Below are positions 13,490 to 28,850 of a stretch of 64,000 nucleotides of DNA, piece by piece. Positions within the stretch are counted from its first letter, which is position 1. Every line of letters starts with the position of its first letter. The position numbers and the translations under genes are program-made. This DNA comes from the human T2T-CHM13v2.0 reference genome, Homo sapiens, in NCBI RefSeq assembly GCF_009914755.1, contig NC_060931.1; one strand, given 5' to 3'. The notes under the pieces were generated by a model. The model was not told the origin of the DNA, did not search any database, and saw nothing but the letters and a program-made list of their open reading frames with translations.

Positions 13490-13614
13490 TAGTTTCCAGT
13501 CTTTTCATATTTCCCTTAGAATCTCCATTTTGTATACACAATCTCATTTTTACTTATCATGAACAAAAACCATTTTTAGATTGCTGTTTCATAGGCTTTT
13601 AAAAATCAGGTATG

Positions 13615-13904
<290 letters not shown>

Positions 13905-15199
13905 TTATATATATATATATTCCATGCATTAAGAAGAATTTCTAGAACTATATAAACCAAAGTGTGGAGTGAAATTGTAGTGGGCATTTTATTTCTTTTT
14001 GTTTATATTTTCTACTTTTTCTAAGTGAACTCATTTTACTATTTTGATTAAAAAAAAAAGCTATTTAAAAGAAATTTTAAGTTCATTTATTCCTTCATTC
14101 AGTAGCAAGTCTTGGCATTATTTCTCAGTTTGAGCCTTTTAAAAAATAATAATAAAATATACATTTTACAAGAACAACCAGATTCTCTTCATAGCCCTTA
14201 CATTTTGAACTAATGTATTTTATTTGTTGACAGTTTGGGTGAAGTCAGAGAGACATTTTCAAGTTTAAATTTCAAATTTCAAGTGTTAATTTCTATATAA
14301 AATCCTTTCCTAAATCAAAATTTTTACTTCAATAAAATGGATCTACCTTTATGTTTTGAAAAACTATGATTTTTAAAAATGAATTAGGCAAGATTGAATA
14401 TTTTTCTTTTACTGTATTTTTAAATGTTGCTTATTCACAAATCCTTCCATCCTTCAGATTAAGGCCTAATTTGTGAGTAATATTCAAGTCATTAATTTCA
14501 CAATTACTATTACATTATTAAATTTCTATTTAGAGGTACTTAGTGTCATATTTTCAAAAGGAAATAGACACATCTAAAACAAGAAACAGGAAACGCAGCA
14601 TGAAATGTACCATTGCGGTGGTTAACCACAGTAGCCACTGGGTGTCTCCACTGCTTCACACCAGTCACTATCTCTGATGGAAGTTTCCAACGAAAACAGG
14701 AGATGAAGAGCAAAGCTTTATTTACAGAATTCTTAATTAGGAACTGATGCAGCATTTACATGCCAGACATTTTATTTAGAAACAGTTCTGCTCATGTAGG
14801 CAATATTTTCTTGCATTCTTTGATAACTGGGCATTTGATTTGCCAAGGAGAGGAAGGGAAACATTTATTATTTTTCTTAACATCCTATCATTTCCTATTC
14901 CAATTTTTAAATCGGAAACAAAGATTCTTCATTTGCGACATCTTGGCTATTTTCATAGCTACCATTTTCAGAGTTCTATAATGAAATAACTCTACTAAAA
15001 GCAAGAAAATTTACCACTAGACAGGAATATGGTATGTTTTCCTTTTGGAAAAGTAGAAAACTATATTGCTGGTAGCTTTCTACCTCTGAGAAATGTCACT
15101 GTGCCCCAAAAGAGCTAGTGAATAGAAGAAAAAGACAGGAATCAGCCACAGAGTAGTAGAACTGGCCTCTGGGTAGGTGATCTTTAAAGTTAACTCTCC

Positions 15200-15503
15200 A
15201 CCAGGCAGGGTGGCTCACGCCTGTAATCCCAACATTTTGGGAGGAGGTATGCAGATCACTTGAGCTCAGGAGTTCCAGACCAGCCTGGGCAACATATGAA
15301 ACCCCATCTCTACTAAAAATACAAAAATTAGCCAGGTGCGGTGGCGCACACCTGTAGTCCCAGCTATTCAAGAGGCTGAGGTGGGAGAATTGCTTGAGCT
15401 CAGGAGGTTGAGGTTGCAGTGACCATGTCACTGCACACCAGCCTGAGCAACAAAGCTTGTCTCAAAAAAAAAAAAAAAAAAAAAAAACAACAAAAAAAAA
15501 AAA
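15200..15503 (+). mobile_element. Alu (AluJ-like)
   Basis: Dimer with long A tail. Confidence 0.93.
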
Positions 15504-16705
15504 CTAACCATTCCTGGGATTGCAGATCTAAACCTTGGGACTGACTATAATTTAGAAACTTAACCTCAGTTTATATTTCTAGATGCCATTAAATTTGCAA
15601 TTTGTTCATTTAGGGTACATTTTTTTCTTCATCTTGCCTTCTTTTAGTTTAATTTTTCCACTCCAAACCTACCGCTTTCTTCTGTGTTCTCAGTTTCTTC
15701 TGCCATCTACCATTCCCATTTTTATTTTTCCTTCGCTGCCCCTTTTCATTTGCTTGGTTGAGTAGATAAATTTTGAATGAAAGTCATTGTTTTTCAAAAA
15801 TCCTACCTTAGCCTCAAATCATTCCATCAGAAGAAAGGAATTCTAGAAATTTAACATAAATAGTTCAAAGTTTAAGATGCTCCCTAAACACAAATACAAT
15901 TGCATACGTCCCCTAGTATTCACTGTGATATAATAAACTGACTATATAACTGATTTACTTATCTGCTTAAGGAAACTAATGAATGGTGGAATCAGAAGAA
16001 CAAACTTCGAATTCAAACAGCAACAAAATTATAGACAACATATTTTTGATTCTACAAACTACAAATAGAGTAGCCAAACACAGAACTTGGTGTAGGTGAC
16101 AGAACTTCAAGACGGAAAGTAGAATTTAAATATCAAGTTCACATTATCAGGAAAAGATATAGTTATGAGTTAAAGAATACATTGTTTTAAATATTCAAAT
16201 AAATGAGGGGGAAGAAGTAATATAAGATTATGGATCCCAGATTTGACATTAATTTCATATCATGTACTTAATTCACAGAGTTCTCTGCAGAAGGGGAAAG
16301 GATTAAGGAATCTCATAGGTGATCAGGGAGAGAGTGGATCTCAGCTATCTTCTACCAAGTGAAGACAGATCCACACAAAACCCTACATAGCCTTCTGCAA
16401 TTTGCTATTTTTACCTAACATTTTATTTTTAAGATTAAATACTACATTTATTTTTTTTAATATAGTAATGCTACATTTACCATCAGTCTTCGTTCGCTTT
16501 AATTTAGACCTGAAGCTCAGTTTTCCCTATTTTTGCTTGTTCACTGCACAGTCTGGCCACATAAAAATTTACATCTACTGGAGAAAATGAAGGATTGCAG
16601 ACAATTTCTTGAAATGCAGCTATGATTTTAATCTTATCTGTTTAGCATGAAGAAACAGATTAAGAAGAAAGGCATATTTTCAGAATTTATTATATAGTTT
16701 TGAAA

Positions 16706-17207
16706 GATAAAGACATATGTATGTTTATGTTCATCGCAGCACTACTCACAATAGCAAAGACATGGAATCAACCTAAATGCCCATCAGTGGTTGACTGGAT
16801 AAATAAAATATGGTACATATATACTATGGAAACCTATGCAGCCATAAAAAAGAATGAGATCATATCTTTTGCAGGGACGTGGATGGAGCTGGAGGCCATT
16901 ATCTTAAGTAAACTAACACAGAACAAAATGCCAAATACACAATGTTCCCACTTATAAGTGGGAGCTAAACAACAAGAACACATGGATACTAGAAGGGGAA
17001 CAACAGACACTGGGGCCTACTTGAGGGGGAAGTGGGGAGGAGGGAGGGAATCACAAAAGAATACCAATCAGGTAATATGTTTATTACCCAAGTGACAAAA
17101 TTATTTGTACAAAAAACCCCTGTGACACACAGTCTACCTATATAACAAACTTGCACATGTATCCCTGAACCTAAAATACAAAAAACAAAAAGCAAAATAA
17201 AAATAAT
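16706..17207 (+). mobile_element. L1 3' end (old L1PA, L1PA15/16-like): ORF2 C-terminus and 3' UTR
   Basis: ORF 16700-16957 reads FIAALLTIAKTWNQPKCPS...WMELEAIILSKLTQ, the L1 ORF2 C-terminus; A-rich tail follows. Confidence 0.9.
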
Positions 17208-17415
17208 CTAAGCTATTCAAGTAATGACCCAAAAGTTCTTCTATATGTTAGGAAGACCAGTAAATGCATTACTAAGCAGCTAGGCTGAGATAAGGGTGAG
17301 AGAAAGAGAGCTTTGGTGCTAGGATTTAATGGTCCTGTAGTCTAGTCCTGACTCTGCTGTCACAGTTTATTTAACTTCTTTGGGCTCTCAATTTTCTCTA
17401 TAACATTAATCAGTT

Positions 17416-17822
<407 letters not shown>

Positions 17823-18329
17823 TCAATGATCTGTGACATCATAAAATAAAAAATATAAAGACTAAAAATTTATTCTAGCTCACATGCTTTCATTTTCTGT
17901 ATGAAATAAATTTTCATTATGATATGTTGGTGAAGAAAGTACATAGTGTATTAGTACCCATTTCTCAGGACACAGAGTATATTTAACTAACTTATTATAT
18001 AGCCATGTAATTTTGCCTACATTGCACATTTTGTTCACATCTATACTTTATTTACTTCTGAGTCCTTGCTGATAGGCCTCTCTCCTGATTATGATATTGC
18101 TTTTGTGGTGAAATAGGATCCACTTCCATGATCTGTGCATTGGAGATTCAGGAGCACATTGTAGAGACTTCTCGATGTAGGTGAATGATAAGGACTACGG
18201 ATGTAGGCATACTGTGTTAGAATCACCTGCAGATTATTTGGCAGTTTTTAAAATTATTCCTGGGTCCTTCTGTTATAAGGATAGGGCCCTTTACTAAAGC
18301 TGCAAGCTGCAGAATCCTCCTCAATCTTT

Positions 18330-18378
18330 TTATTTTTTAGCTTTTATTTTTTTTAAGCTACTCCTGCTGGAATGGGAA
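18330..18378 (-). mobile_element. TSD-flanked 49-bp poly(A)-tailed micro-insertion of unknown source
   Basis: 14-bp direct repeat cctcctcaatcttt at 18316-18329 and 18379-18392. The minus-strand insert reads TTCCCATTCCAGCAGGAGTAGCTT plus an A-rich tail. Confidence 0.7.
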
Positions 18379-20268
18379 CCTCCTCAATCTTTATCAGGAA
18401 AACAACAATAACAATCGAATTTTAGAGGTTTTTTGAATTCCTGATCACAGATACAAATAATTAGTGGTCTGGAAAGTAGTTAAGTGTAATAAAAAATATA
18501 ATGTTCCTTATAACATTGAGAGCTTTATAGTAACACAAAGGATGCCACACCCAACCCACCTCACTCATCCTCCCGCTGTTAACAACCCTGGTCCGCAATT
18601 TCAAAAGAAATGGCCTAAAATTCTTTTTAAACCATCATTTACGTTGAAGCCAATTTAAAAGTGTGATCAGGGATATAGACAACACAAGTGCTAGAGCTAT
18701 AAAATAAATTTTGGTGATTGCCCAGGCATTTAATATCTTTTTTTAACCAATATTCCCTTTCTAAAAATATAAATTTATATGAATAATGGATTATTTATAA
18801 TGATTTGTCTTTGAGTAACCCTTTTCCCCTTCTTTGTCATAGAGGGAATAATCCTAATTTATTGCTGGGGGAGTTGTCCTATATTGTCTTATTTCAAAAA
18901 GAAACAATCTACTTTTGTGAAAAGCCATCCTAGCATGTAACATTTTAGCACACTGTTTCTCAAGATGTTTGCACTCACAGACACCAATTGTATCATGTCT
19001 TTGGGATATGATAAAATTATGTTTAAAATTCATGTTAAAGCTATAGGGTTTTTTTTTTTTCTGATCTACGTATCAGCCTTACCTCCACGGACTTCACTAA
19101 TTATATTTAAGGAATTAGAAAACTTCCTTCCTTAATTTTATTCTCATTAATTTTTCTAGGACATTTATTAAATAAAATGGGTTGTTAAAGTATGTTAAGT
19201 GTGTAGGGCATGTAACCAGTCAAATGTCAAGGTTCTGAGTAGGTTGGATTTCATGGTCAAGGATAATCTCTTTTAATATTCACAATCTCATTCTTACATA
19301 TTCCCATCTCCCCTAAGTCTTTCATTTCACTTCTATTCATTCCTACTTACTCCTACTAATATCTCCGTTTAGATTCTCTCATCTGACCTTTCCCACACCT
19401 CTTGCCCCACAGTAAGTTTTATTTTCCCCTCTTAACACTAATCACATCTACTCTGATTTGTAGACATTTTTCACCTAAAGCCCAGCAAAGGAAACACTGT
19501 CAACCTGTCAAAAAAAAGTGCTGCAATTGTGGAGGACAGATAAACAGGTGGTAACAAAAGCATTCTAGTGAATCTGAGCCAGGCTGGGAACCTGCTGGGC
19601 TGGCCTGACTCAGAGGTGGTAAGAGAAGGCAACAGGAGGCAGGAGGCAGCCCCATCACTGTCCGTTCCCAGAGCAGGAATGAGGAGGGTGCTCCCCACCC
19701 CAAGGCAGCAAGGGGGAAAATTCTCTAAGGAAGAGTCCCAGCAAGATCAAATATCAGTGCCATGTCCAAGGGGTTAGAGAAATAACCAAAGTCAGTGTGG
19801 TAGGGCCATGAGTTTACCTTATGGTTTGGCTTTATGTGGGTATATGGAAGTGCCAGCAGTGAGCTGAGAGCTGCCAAGAGAGGCAGAAAGCAGGTGTGTC
19901 AGAGATTTGGGGCCTCAATGGAAGTGAAATGTGATGGCAGAAGAAGACACCACAGGAGTTGTTGAGGCATTGGTTAGGAAGTGAACAGCAGAACTGGCAG
20001 AGGCTGCTGGGCCTGTTGGGGTACCAGGAGTGACAGAGAAGACTGGCAGCTGCAGAGCAGGACAGACCAGATTGGCCAGTACAACAGCAGAGGGCCATGT
20101 TGGGCTTTGACTCAGGAATCCTGGTGGAGGCAATGATGAGAGAGAAGAGATAAAACACACTAGGTAAGCCAAGGTAGTTGTCAGGATAGAAGGAGACAGG
20201 CAGGCCAGATGGCTGTTAACCGTGTGGTGTGTCCCAACTTTCCAGCATCAATTTAATGGCCAAATTAA

Positions 20269-20757
<489 letters not shown>

Positions 20758-22568
20758 TAAACTGATGCACATTAATAAGATTTAGAAAATCTTGAGATTT
20801 AATGGACAGTGTTGAGATTCATATAACTTTATGTTGAGAATTCTCTTTCCAGGAATTATTTATTTCAGTTAGTCACATTTTTATCTTCTACTGAAGTGTA
20901 AACTTAATTTAGTGTAAATAACTACCATTTGAATACTAACATAATCTTTTTATTTGTATAAAAAATACAAAAAGATTGTTTATGTGTGTGTACACATATG
21001 TGTCAAGACTAAAAATTAAGCACGGGGTAAAGTCTTTGGCAAAGGACAAATAGTCGGCAAGTTCACAGATTAGAATTTAGAATTCCATCATGAAGTGGAC
21101 TAAATTGTTAGTTTAAAGAAGACTGTGAGTGTCAGCACATAAAAAGGTAATCCTGTCTCAATTGTAGCTACAGATTGCAAGTCCTGTGTCAATTCAAATT
21201 TTTGCCAGCAGATACTAATGACTTCATTGAAAGCAGATGTTTAGAAATGAAAGTATAAACACAACCCCAGTTGATTAATATGCTTATTGTATTTCCTTGT
21301 TGTGAGTCTAGCGAATATTTGATTATCTTTAAGTTGATCCATAGTATATTCAACAGTCTCATGAGAACATAATTTTTGTTGATGATTTGTCCAAAGTTTC
21401 TATCAATCCATCTTAGCAGCAGAGCCAAGTGTTAGAGTTATTGCTGCCTGAGTTATAACAGCTGCCCTGGGAATCTTGTCTGAACAACAAGTTAACTGCT
21501 GTTCCCAGTTATATCTGGTCTTTCCCACCCCCAAACATACACAAAAGATTTTTGTCATTCTTGGCACTGGACAACAGAAGTGATAAGACATGCCAGCAGA
21601 ACTCTAAAGGCAGAATGTCCTTCCACCTGTTTTATGCTGTAAGACAAACTTCCAAGTGCGAGGCAGTGTGGAGGGCTGTTGCCTTGAATGGCAGCTGAAT
21701 GCACCAGCGGGATCCTTGGCAGCAATGCCCAGGCACTGAAGTCGGGCATTCAGGAGAGCTAAATGGAGAAAAGAAACTTGAGCAAACTGCTTCCTGGAAC
21801 ACTGAGAACCTGAATGGGAAATTAAGAAGAACCAGATTCTTTCTATTCTTCCACCAGCCAAGGTCAGATTTCCAAACTTCTATTGATTCTAATCTTTCCC
21901 AAACAGTGCTGTGGCAATGTATGAAAGTAATAAAAATAATCCTTTTTCTGTTAAAAAAAAAATTGCTGTTACTTGCTGTTTTGTTATGCTTTTGCTGGAG
22001 ATTTTCCCACCCATCTTAAAGCAGCAACTTCAGGATGGGGGAATCAAGCAAAACCATGGTGAAGAGATTCATTTAAAGAGGACAAGTGATTTATTCTACA
22101 TCTCAGGAGACAGTTCCTTAAGGTGAGAGGTGTTGCCTATGCCAACTTGCTTATTGCCTCTTTTGATGTTATCTTAGCAATAAGCTGGGGCTAATCGTCC
22201 CCAGTTTGGGAGACTTTGAGGCAGGGCTAACTGCCACAGTAAAAGACCCATTAACAGTAAGGAGGGTAAATGGATAGCAAAAAACCTAGGAGAATCCACA
22301 GGCTTTTGTTAATTTTATTCTATCTGCCTGGTGTTTCTGGAACTCTAGTTTCAAAGTTAGAATACCCAGAATCCCAGCAGCTGAGGAAAGTAATAACCAG
22401 TGTCTGGGGGCGAGGGTGGGGAGGGAAGCGAGGGTATAAAGAGGATGAGAATTCTTCTAGTTATTTTCAGTTTTTACTGAAACTGAAGCTTTCCTGAAAC
22501 TTTAAGTTTTTAGGAAACTTAAAGATAATTGTTTGTTTACTTAAAATACAGCCTCAAGGATACTTTTA

Positions 22569-23045
<477 letters not shown>

Positions 23046-24544
23046 TAATTAATTTAATTTAATTGTTTAAGGGGTGTCATTTTCCAAATTGTTTTTATGA
23101 AAAATTTACAAACAGTGGCTAGTGTCCCATTGTACTGTGTATCTAATTCAGTAAAAGTACTGAAGATTCAAAAAGATTGTTAGAGTGGTTGTGGAAAATT
23201 CCAGAGCTGCTGTCACCAGCAGAGCCTTCCTTTACTGAGTGTCTCAGTGCCAGTATAACAAATCCTAGACACTGGCTTTATTGGCCAGTGGTGCAAAGAA
23301 ATAGTAAAAATTCAATAAAAATATTGCTTGAACCAGGAAGCCTCCTCATAGAGTTGTGGACTCTTCAGAGAGGTTTTACCAAAGTAAGGGCAGAATGTGT
23401 ATACCGTCTTTCAGGGATTCAAGAAATGTAGGCAACAATGTCTATTATTAGCCCTCCTCTCCTTCCATGAGCAAAACCCAAATTACTTGTTTTTAATTGG
23501 CACAAAAGCACATTCAATCATTACATTATCAGACATTGTTCATGTACCTATCATATGCCAGGCTGTGTGCTAAGAGCTGGGGATCTGAAGATGAATAAAA
23601 TGTACCCTGCCACAATCAGGATTGGCAACAACTGACCTAGGTGGCTCACCTGCATTGTCTGGATAACAAGCCAATTGGCACCTGAGGCCCCCAACCTTAT
23701 CCCCACAGGAGGGGTTCGTCCAAACTGCTCATGAGACCAGTTTCTCCCTTCCACAGACCCCAGTGCCTTCAGGTGCTGAAAGTTGACTTTCCCAGGCAAC
23801 TCAGAGAGCTGGTGTCTAACCCCACACTGATGTTACTCAATAAGTCTGATTACCCTCCCACCCACTAGGTTGTTCTCACTCTTGCCCTATAAGAAGGAGA
23901 GCAGCAAGGGGACAAGGAATGCCCACCGATGGTGTGTCCAATAGATAACTTTGGCCCATCTCTTATCTTTATTTGTTAATTCTTGCTTTGTAACTTTCCC
24001 CCAATAGAGCCCATGAGATTTCATGGAAATCATCACAAAATAACAAACCTTTTTGCGTGACAGGTGATGAGCACAAAAGGATCCATCTTATACAGTGCTT
24101 GCCAGCTTCCATAATACTACTCACCACGATGTTGAAATCACCTGTTCCAGAACCAGTCCTGTCCTTTGACAAGAAGGATTTAATTATCAGTAGTGGTGGG
24201 GACTGGCTGGAGAGAGGAAAAACACTTCAAGGACTCTGCCACCTTTCGTAGATGGAGAGTGCAAAGTTTGTACCATGGAACTCCTTCTCTAACAGTTACT
24301 CTGTGGCAGTGCCTATTTCAAACCTCCCTTAACTTCTGATTGTATAGATGTTTGTTTCATTTGTTCATCTGTTTGTTCACTTAGTCAGAGATGTTTTAAG
24401 CCTTAAGAGAAATAGTGGACTAGAAAATGCCTTGGAAAAGTACAAAGTTCAATCCAAGTAAACTGTTTTTAAACTAGGAATTTATGAAGCCTAAAATATA
24501 AAATGTATATACATGGATATGCTCTGAAGTGAGGTAGAGGGGTA

Positions 24545-24690
24545 GAAATCAACATTGTGATATTGTACTATAGTTTTGCAAGATGTTACCATTGGGGGAA
24601 AATGTTTGAAGGGTATACGGGATATCTCTGCCTTATTTCTTACAACTGCATGTGAATCTACAGTTATCTCAAAATAAAAATTTAATTAAC
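24545..24690 (+). mobile_element. Old L1M 3' end fragment
   Basis: 'gtgatattgtactatagttttgcaagatgttaccattggggg...caactgcatgtgaatcta...ctcaaaataaaa'. Confidence 0.75.
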
Positions 24691-24869
24691 AATTGATTAC
24701 AATTAACAGCATTAATTTCTTATCCTGTCATTTTCCTTCTCCTGAAATTGCAGAATAGCCAAACAGAAACCTACCCATGACCACCATCTGAGATTCTTTG
24801 GTGCCCGTATTAGTGGACATAGGCAGGTGTATCAGGAGGCATCCAGTCACGCATACTGGAAGATACTGA

Positions 24870-25330
24870 CTCAACTGATTTAAGCAAAGGAAAATACAGT
24901 GTATTATATAATGAGACATCTTGAGTAGGGTAGTCCTAGGGTCAGTTGATTCAGCAGCTTGATTGATAATCAAGGGCCCAAATTCTTTCCCACTTTCTAC
25001 CCTGCCATCCTCAGCCTATCAGTTTCGTCCTCCAGCTGGCTTAAAGGTAGTTGCAAGGTGGCTGCTATCATGCCATGCAAAATGCAAATGCAAAAAGTAT
25101 GCAGATACAAAAAGTATCTCTTTTCATAAGTCTCATTTTAAGGGCAAGGAAAAACCTGCAGGCCTTTCTGCCACTCTCTTGACCCACTTACTTAACTGTG
25201 GAACAAGTCACAAACACCTGTTTAAGTGGATCACTTGGCCAGGAGGGAGAGATTGCCATTATCCTTAGATGGAGGAGAATGGGGGTGGGGGTTGTTATGC
25301 CTGAACATAATCAGTGCTCTGCCAGTGAGT
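24870..25330 (-). mobile_element. Old MaLR LTR (MLT1J/L-like)
   Basis: 'ttgattcagcagctt...ccaaattctttcccactttctaccctgccatcctcagc' MLT1 motif. Confidence 0.5.
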
Positions 25331-25737
25331 AAGAGCAGAGATGGGGTGATTAATAGGCAACCCCTCACCAAGGAGCCATTGTAAAGCTTCAGGCCAGTTC
25401 AGAAGGTGATGAAGATGGAAAGCCTCCAAAGCAACCAGAACAACCAGAAGGAACACGCTTTTACAGCTTGCTTCTGATTCCACACCGCGAGGACAATGGG
25501 TCCAGCATGCCACACTGATCCAGGAACTTAGAACTAAGTAAGAAGCAAGGGAGAGAGGCTGCTATAGCTGAAACCCAGAGAATGAACTTTCTCCCAGGAG
25601 GTTGCAAGGGCTGCCCTTGTAAAAGATCCTGTCCTGGGTTTAAAGGTTAGCAAATTTTCTGTTTTGTTTTGCTTTGACTGCATGAGGGTTGAGTTAAAGT
25701 GAAATAATATTTAAGACTTATTTTTTAAATAAGATAT

Positions 25738-25894
25738 TTTATGTTTTTATTTTTGTTTTTTTTTTTTTTTTTGGTTGGTAGAGACAGGGTCTCACTGTGT
25801 TGCCCAGGCTGGTTTTGAACACCTGGGCTTCTAATCCTCCTGCCTCAGCCTCCCAAAGTGCTAGCATCACAGGCATGTGCCACCACACCCAACC
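25738..25894 (-). mobile_element. Alu monomer (FLAM-like)
   Basis: Single left-arm monomer preceded by a T tract. Confidence 0.85.
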
Positions 25895-27539
25895 CCTTAA
25901 AAGTCTTTTTACAAATGAGAACATGAACAATTGCCTTTCAGATTATTTCCTGGTCATCAAAGATTTCTTTCTTTATTTACATAAAGGGGACAGGGGTCAG
26001 TCTGTGTATTGGAAGATGTGCCCATATTTGGTCACATATTGGAAGAGTACAAAATTGCCCAAATAAGGGATATTTATTGCCTTCCTGACTGCAGACTCAA
26101 GGAGGCAGGAACTTTGACATTTTCTCCAATGCCTATCTGTATCCACATTGCCTGTAACATAGTATATGCTCAATAAATATTGATTGAACTAATTAAAAAA
26201 TGTCATTCTCTACTCCCAAACTATAAAAACCTGGAAGGGTATATTCTTGCTGGATGGGAGCCTGAAGAAGACAGGAAGGGAGCTAAAGATATCTCTCTTA
26301 GTCATTCTCTGTGTCCGACATATGCCCACATGTATAGTCCTAAATGCCACTGTCTCTCAGTTGGTTTCTATCAGGACCTAAGCCCTGTGGAGACAGCAGC
26401 TTGCAGAGTCTCTAGCCCAGGGAAGCAAGAGGTGGGCCAGATGGAATCCCCCAGCTCAGGGAAGGTCTTACCTATCCATGCATTTGAGGAAGGAGGAAGT
26501 GGGACAGTCATTCACCAGTCTAAATCTTACTGCTAAAACTAGACCGAGTGCTACATCTCCAAATCTGGAGGGCCACGATATCTGTCACACAGGCAGGCCA
26601 AAAATTGTTCTTCCCAGGGTGGGGACAGTGGAAGCCATATAAACACTTGCCAATTAGTTCATCTACATTTTAAAAAGGTGCAGAAAATTCTTGTTCCTTT
26701 CCGCTGGAGGAACTTTACAAATGACCTTGACAAAAACCCCTCAAAACCTATAGAGCCAAATTTTATTATAACGCTCTTTTTATTCCCTTGCTTCTATTTC
26801 CTCCTTTCTCTTCTTTTTCTATTTCTTTTCCTTTCTCTTTCTTTACATTTCTCCCTCTTTCTTCCTGCTTGTCCAGCTTTTCTTCCTCTTCCCCCTTTAA
26901 GGTGATACTTTGGGACTGAAAGTATATTTTAATATTTATCTAAAGCAGTTGTTTCTTTGTCCATGGTTCCCTGACCCTTCACAGAAAATAATTCTTCCAT
27001 CCTAAATTGACTTTTATGATAGTTATCTAAAGATTTAAGGATCCAAATATGTACAAGTCAAATACAATAAAAGGAAAAAAATCATTTAAAGACTAACATT
27101 TAAGCATTTTAGCCTCTACTATTTTAAAATTAGAGTTCAACTCGATGCCATTTATATTTGAACTCCTAAAATTACAACCATCATCTGCATTTTACAGGCT
27201 TCCCCTATCTATGCAGACATTTCCTGTTCTGTCTTCTCTTTCCCCAGAGACCCATTACAACTTGCTTATCGTTGGGTAGAGGTTATATCCAGGGAAGAGG
27301 GAACCGAGGAGAAGTGGAGGAAAGGAGGAAGGCATGAGATGTTGGCCCTAACCTAGATTGGTATGTTTACTCTCATCCGACTGGGTTGACTTTAGAATGA
27401 AAATGTTTTCCCACTTAATTAATTTAAAATTAGTTATTCAAATATGTTTTTCAAAACTCAGTACAATTATGTATATCACACTTGTGCAAAACATCACCAA
27501 TTCTCAAACCCCAGATCTACAGATCTGAGGTCAGCAATT

Positions 27540-28180
27540 CCAGCTAACACTTATATAGTGCTTCCCATGTGCCAGACACTGTGCAAAGCGTTTCATGTGT
27601 ATTGACTCATTTCATCCTTCAACAGCCCTGCAAGGCAGGTATTAGTCAGCTTGGGCTGCCATAACAAAACACCATGGACTAGGTGGCTTAAACAACGAAC
27701 ATTTATTTTCTTACAGTTCCAGAGACTGGAAGTTCAAGACCAAGGTATAGCAGAGCTGGTGTCTGGTGAGGGCTCTCCTCGTAGGTGGCAGACAGCTGCC
27801 TTCTCACTGTGTGCTCACCTGGCCTTTCCTCTGTGTTCCTCAGAGTGAGTGAGCTCTCTGGTGTCTCTTCTTATGAAGATACTAATTTATGGGATCAGGG
27901 CTCCATCTTTAACACCTCATTCAACCTTAATTACTTTCTTAGAGCCACCATATCCATATCCAAATACAGCTACATTGGGGGTTAGGGGTTCAACATATGC
28001 ATTTTGGGGGACACAAACATTCAGTCCACAATGGTAGGTAATATTGTACTCCCTATTTCTCAGGTTAGGAAACTGAGGCCACACTGATTGAGTAATTTGC
28101 CCAATGTCACACAAATAATAAGTGTCAATACTGGGACTTGAACGCCAGCATCCATACTTTTAACCACTATGCTGTGCTCT
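27540..28180 (-). mobile_element. MIR interrupted by MLT1A
   Basis: MIR halves ('gactcatttcatccttcaacagccct' and 'ggaaactgaggcc...gtaatttgcccaatgtcacac') flank the LTR. Confidence 0.75.
27638..28033 (-). mobile_element. MLT1A-type MaLR solo LTR
   Basis: 'gtattagtcagcttgggctgccataacaaaacacca...ggggggacacaaacattcagtcca' is reverse-strand MLT1A. Confidence 0.85.
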
Positions 28181-28226
28181 CTCTCATCATGAGTCATGAC
28201 GATGATCACGTTAGATTGTGTTAGAT

Positions 28227-28257
28227 GATGTTAGATCATGAGTCATGATCTAACATC
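28227..28257. repeat. Perfect inverted repeat (15-bp arms, 1-nt spacer) centred on AP-1 site TGAGTCA
   Basis: gatgttagatcatga-g-tcatgatctaacatc; the arms are exact reverse complements. Confidence 0.95.
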
Positions 28258-28514
28258 TAGCAACCCATCAACATCATCAACATCTAACAAATCCAATCCT
28301 TTGAACCTATTATAGAATCATCAGAGCTTTACCACGCTTTTTAGAAAAAATTTCCCTACAAGAATACAGTCTCTCACTATTATTATTATATTAGAGATAG
28401 ATTTCTATATTATCAAATTTAGAGCAAATAACTTATATTTGCTATCAACTAGCTCTTAAAATGATTATATCTTGATTACTCTAGTAAACAAACATCATCT
28501 ATTTCTCTCTACAT

Positions 28515-28850
28515 TTAAACTATTAAAACTCAACAATAAGAAAACAACTCATTTGAACAGTGGGCAAAAGATCTTGACAAGACATGTCATCAAAGAAGAT
28601 ATGCAGATAGCAAATAAGCATATGAAAAGATGCTTCACATCATATGTCATCAGGAAAATGCCAATTAAAACAACAGTGAGATACCACTACACAAACCTAT
28701 AGGAATGGCCAAAATCCAGAATATGACAACCCCAGATGCTGCCAAGGGTGAGGAGCAACAGGAATTCTCATTCATTGCTGGTGGGAATGCAAAATGGTAC
28801 AGCCACTTTGGGAAACATGTTGGCAGTTACTTATGAAACTAAGTTTCTAT
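28515..28850 (+). mobile_element. Old L1M ORF2 3' fragment
   Basis: Translates KEDMQIANKHMKRCFTSYVIRKMPIKTTVRYHYT, the L1 ORF2 C-terminal motif. Confidence 0.85.

Noticed and set aside
19500-20230. Purine-rich, LTR-like segment with a TGACTCA site and several short ORFs
   Set aside because: Probably an ancient LTR, but I could not assign family or ends; the ORFs show no protein similarity.
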